IMG/VR virus record: IMGVR_UViG_3300045241_000035
Span: 1-24,905 of that record
Origin: a virus
Lineage: Duplodnaviria > Caudoviricetes
Reading direction: 5' to 3' (one strand)
Length of the DNA stretch: 24,905 bases
Shown: in pieces, positions 24,896 to 24,905 of the stretch
How the letters are laid out: the number at the start of each line of letters is the position of its first letter
Position numbering within the stretch: position 1 is the first letter of the stretch
Notes under the pieces: model-generated
Told to the model about the DNA's origin: nothing
The model's database searches: none
The model's input: the letters and a program-made list of their open reading frames with translations, nothing else
Made by a program: the position numbers and the translations under genes

Positions 24896-24905
24896 TGTCT
24901 GTTCT

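Larger units (their letters stand above)
1..24905. mobile_element. Tailed phage (Caudoviricetes) genome segment with podovirus/P22-like packaging, head, tail and ejection module
   Basis: Order terminase large, portal, scaffold, capsid, adaptor, tail tubular, ejection proteins; no tape measure, sheath or tube genes; no recognisable host genes; no integrase or att site in the window, so free phage versus prophage cannot be decided. Confidence 0.95.

Overview
A ~25 kb segment of a high-GC tailed bacteriophage (or prophage) with short-tailed, podovirus/P22-like morphogenesis organisation. Most of the window (~140-22100) is one tightly packed, translationally coupled minus-strand gene run: small accessory genes, terminase large subunit, an Acb2/Tad1-like hairpin protein, Pro-rich and Zn-ribbon proteins, portal, scaffold, major capsid, head-tail adaptor, an antisense HNH endonuclease, a tail tubular/nozzle protein, VRR-NUC nuclease, a GNAT-like protein, internal virion/ejection proteins (one with a lytic transglycosylase domain) and a holin-like membrane protein. 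A divergent plus-strand unit (22233-24748) encodes two tandem glycine-rich paralogues and a beta-helix depolymerase-like protein. The most striking element is largely missed by the ORF track: a coupled array of six tiny arginine-rich, protamine-like microproteins (7918-8597) directly downstream of the tail gene. All product calls rest on motif recognition and gene order; no database searches were run.
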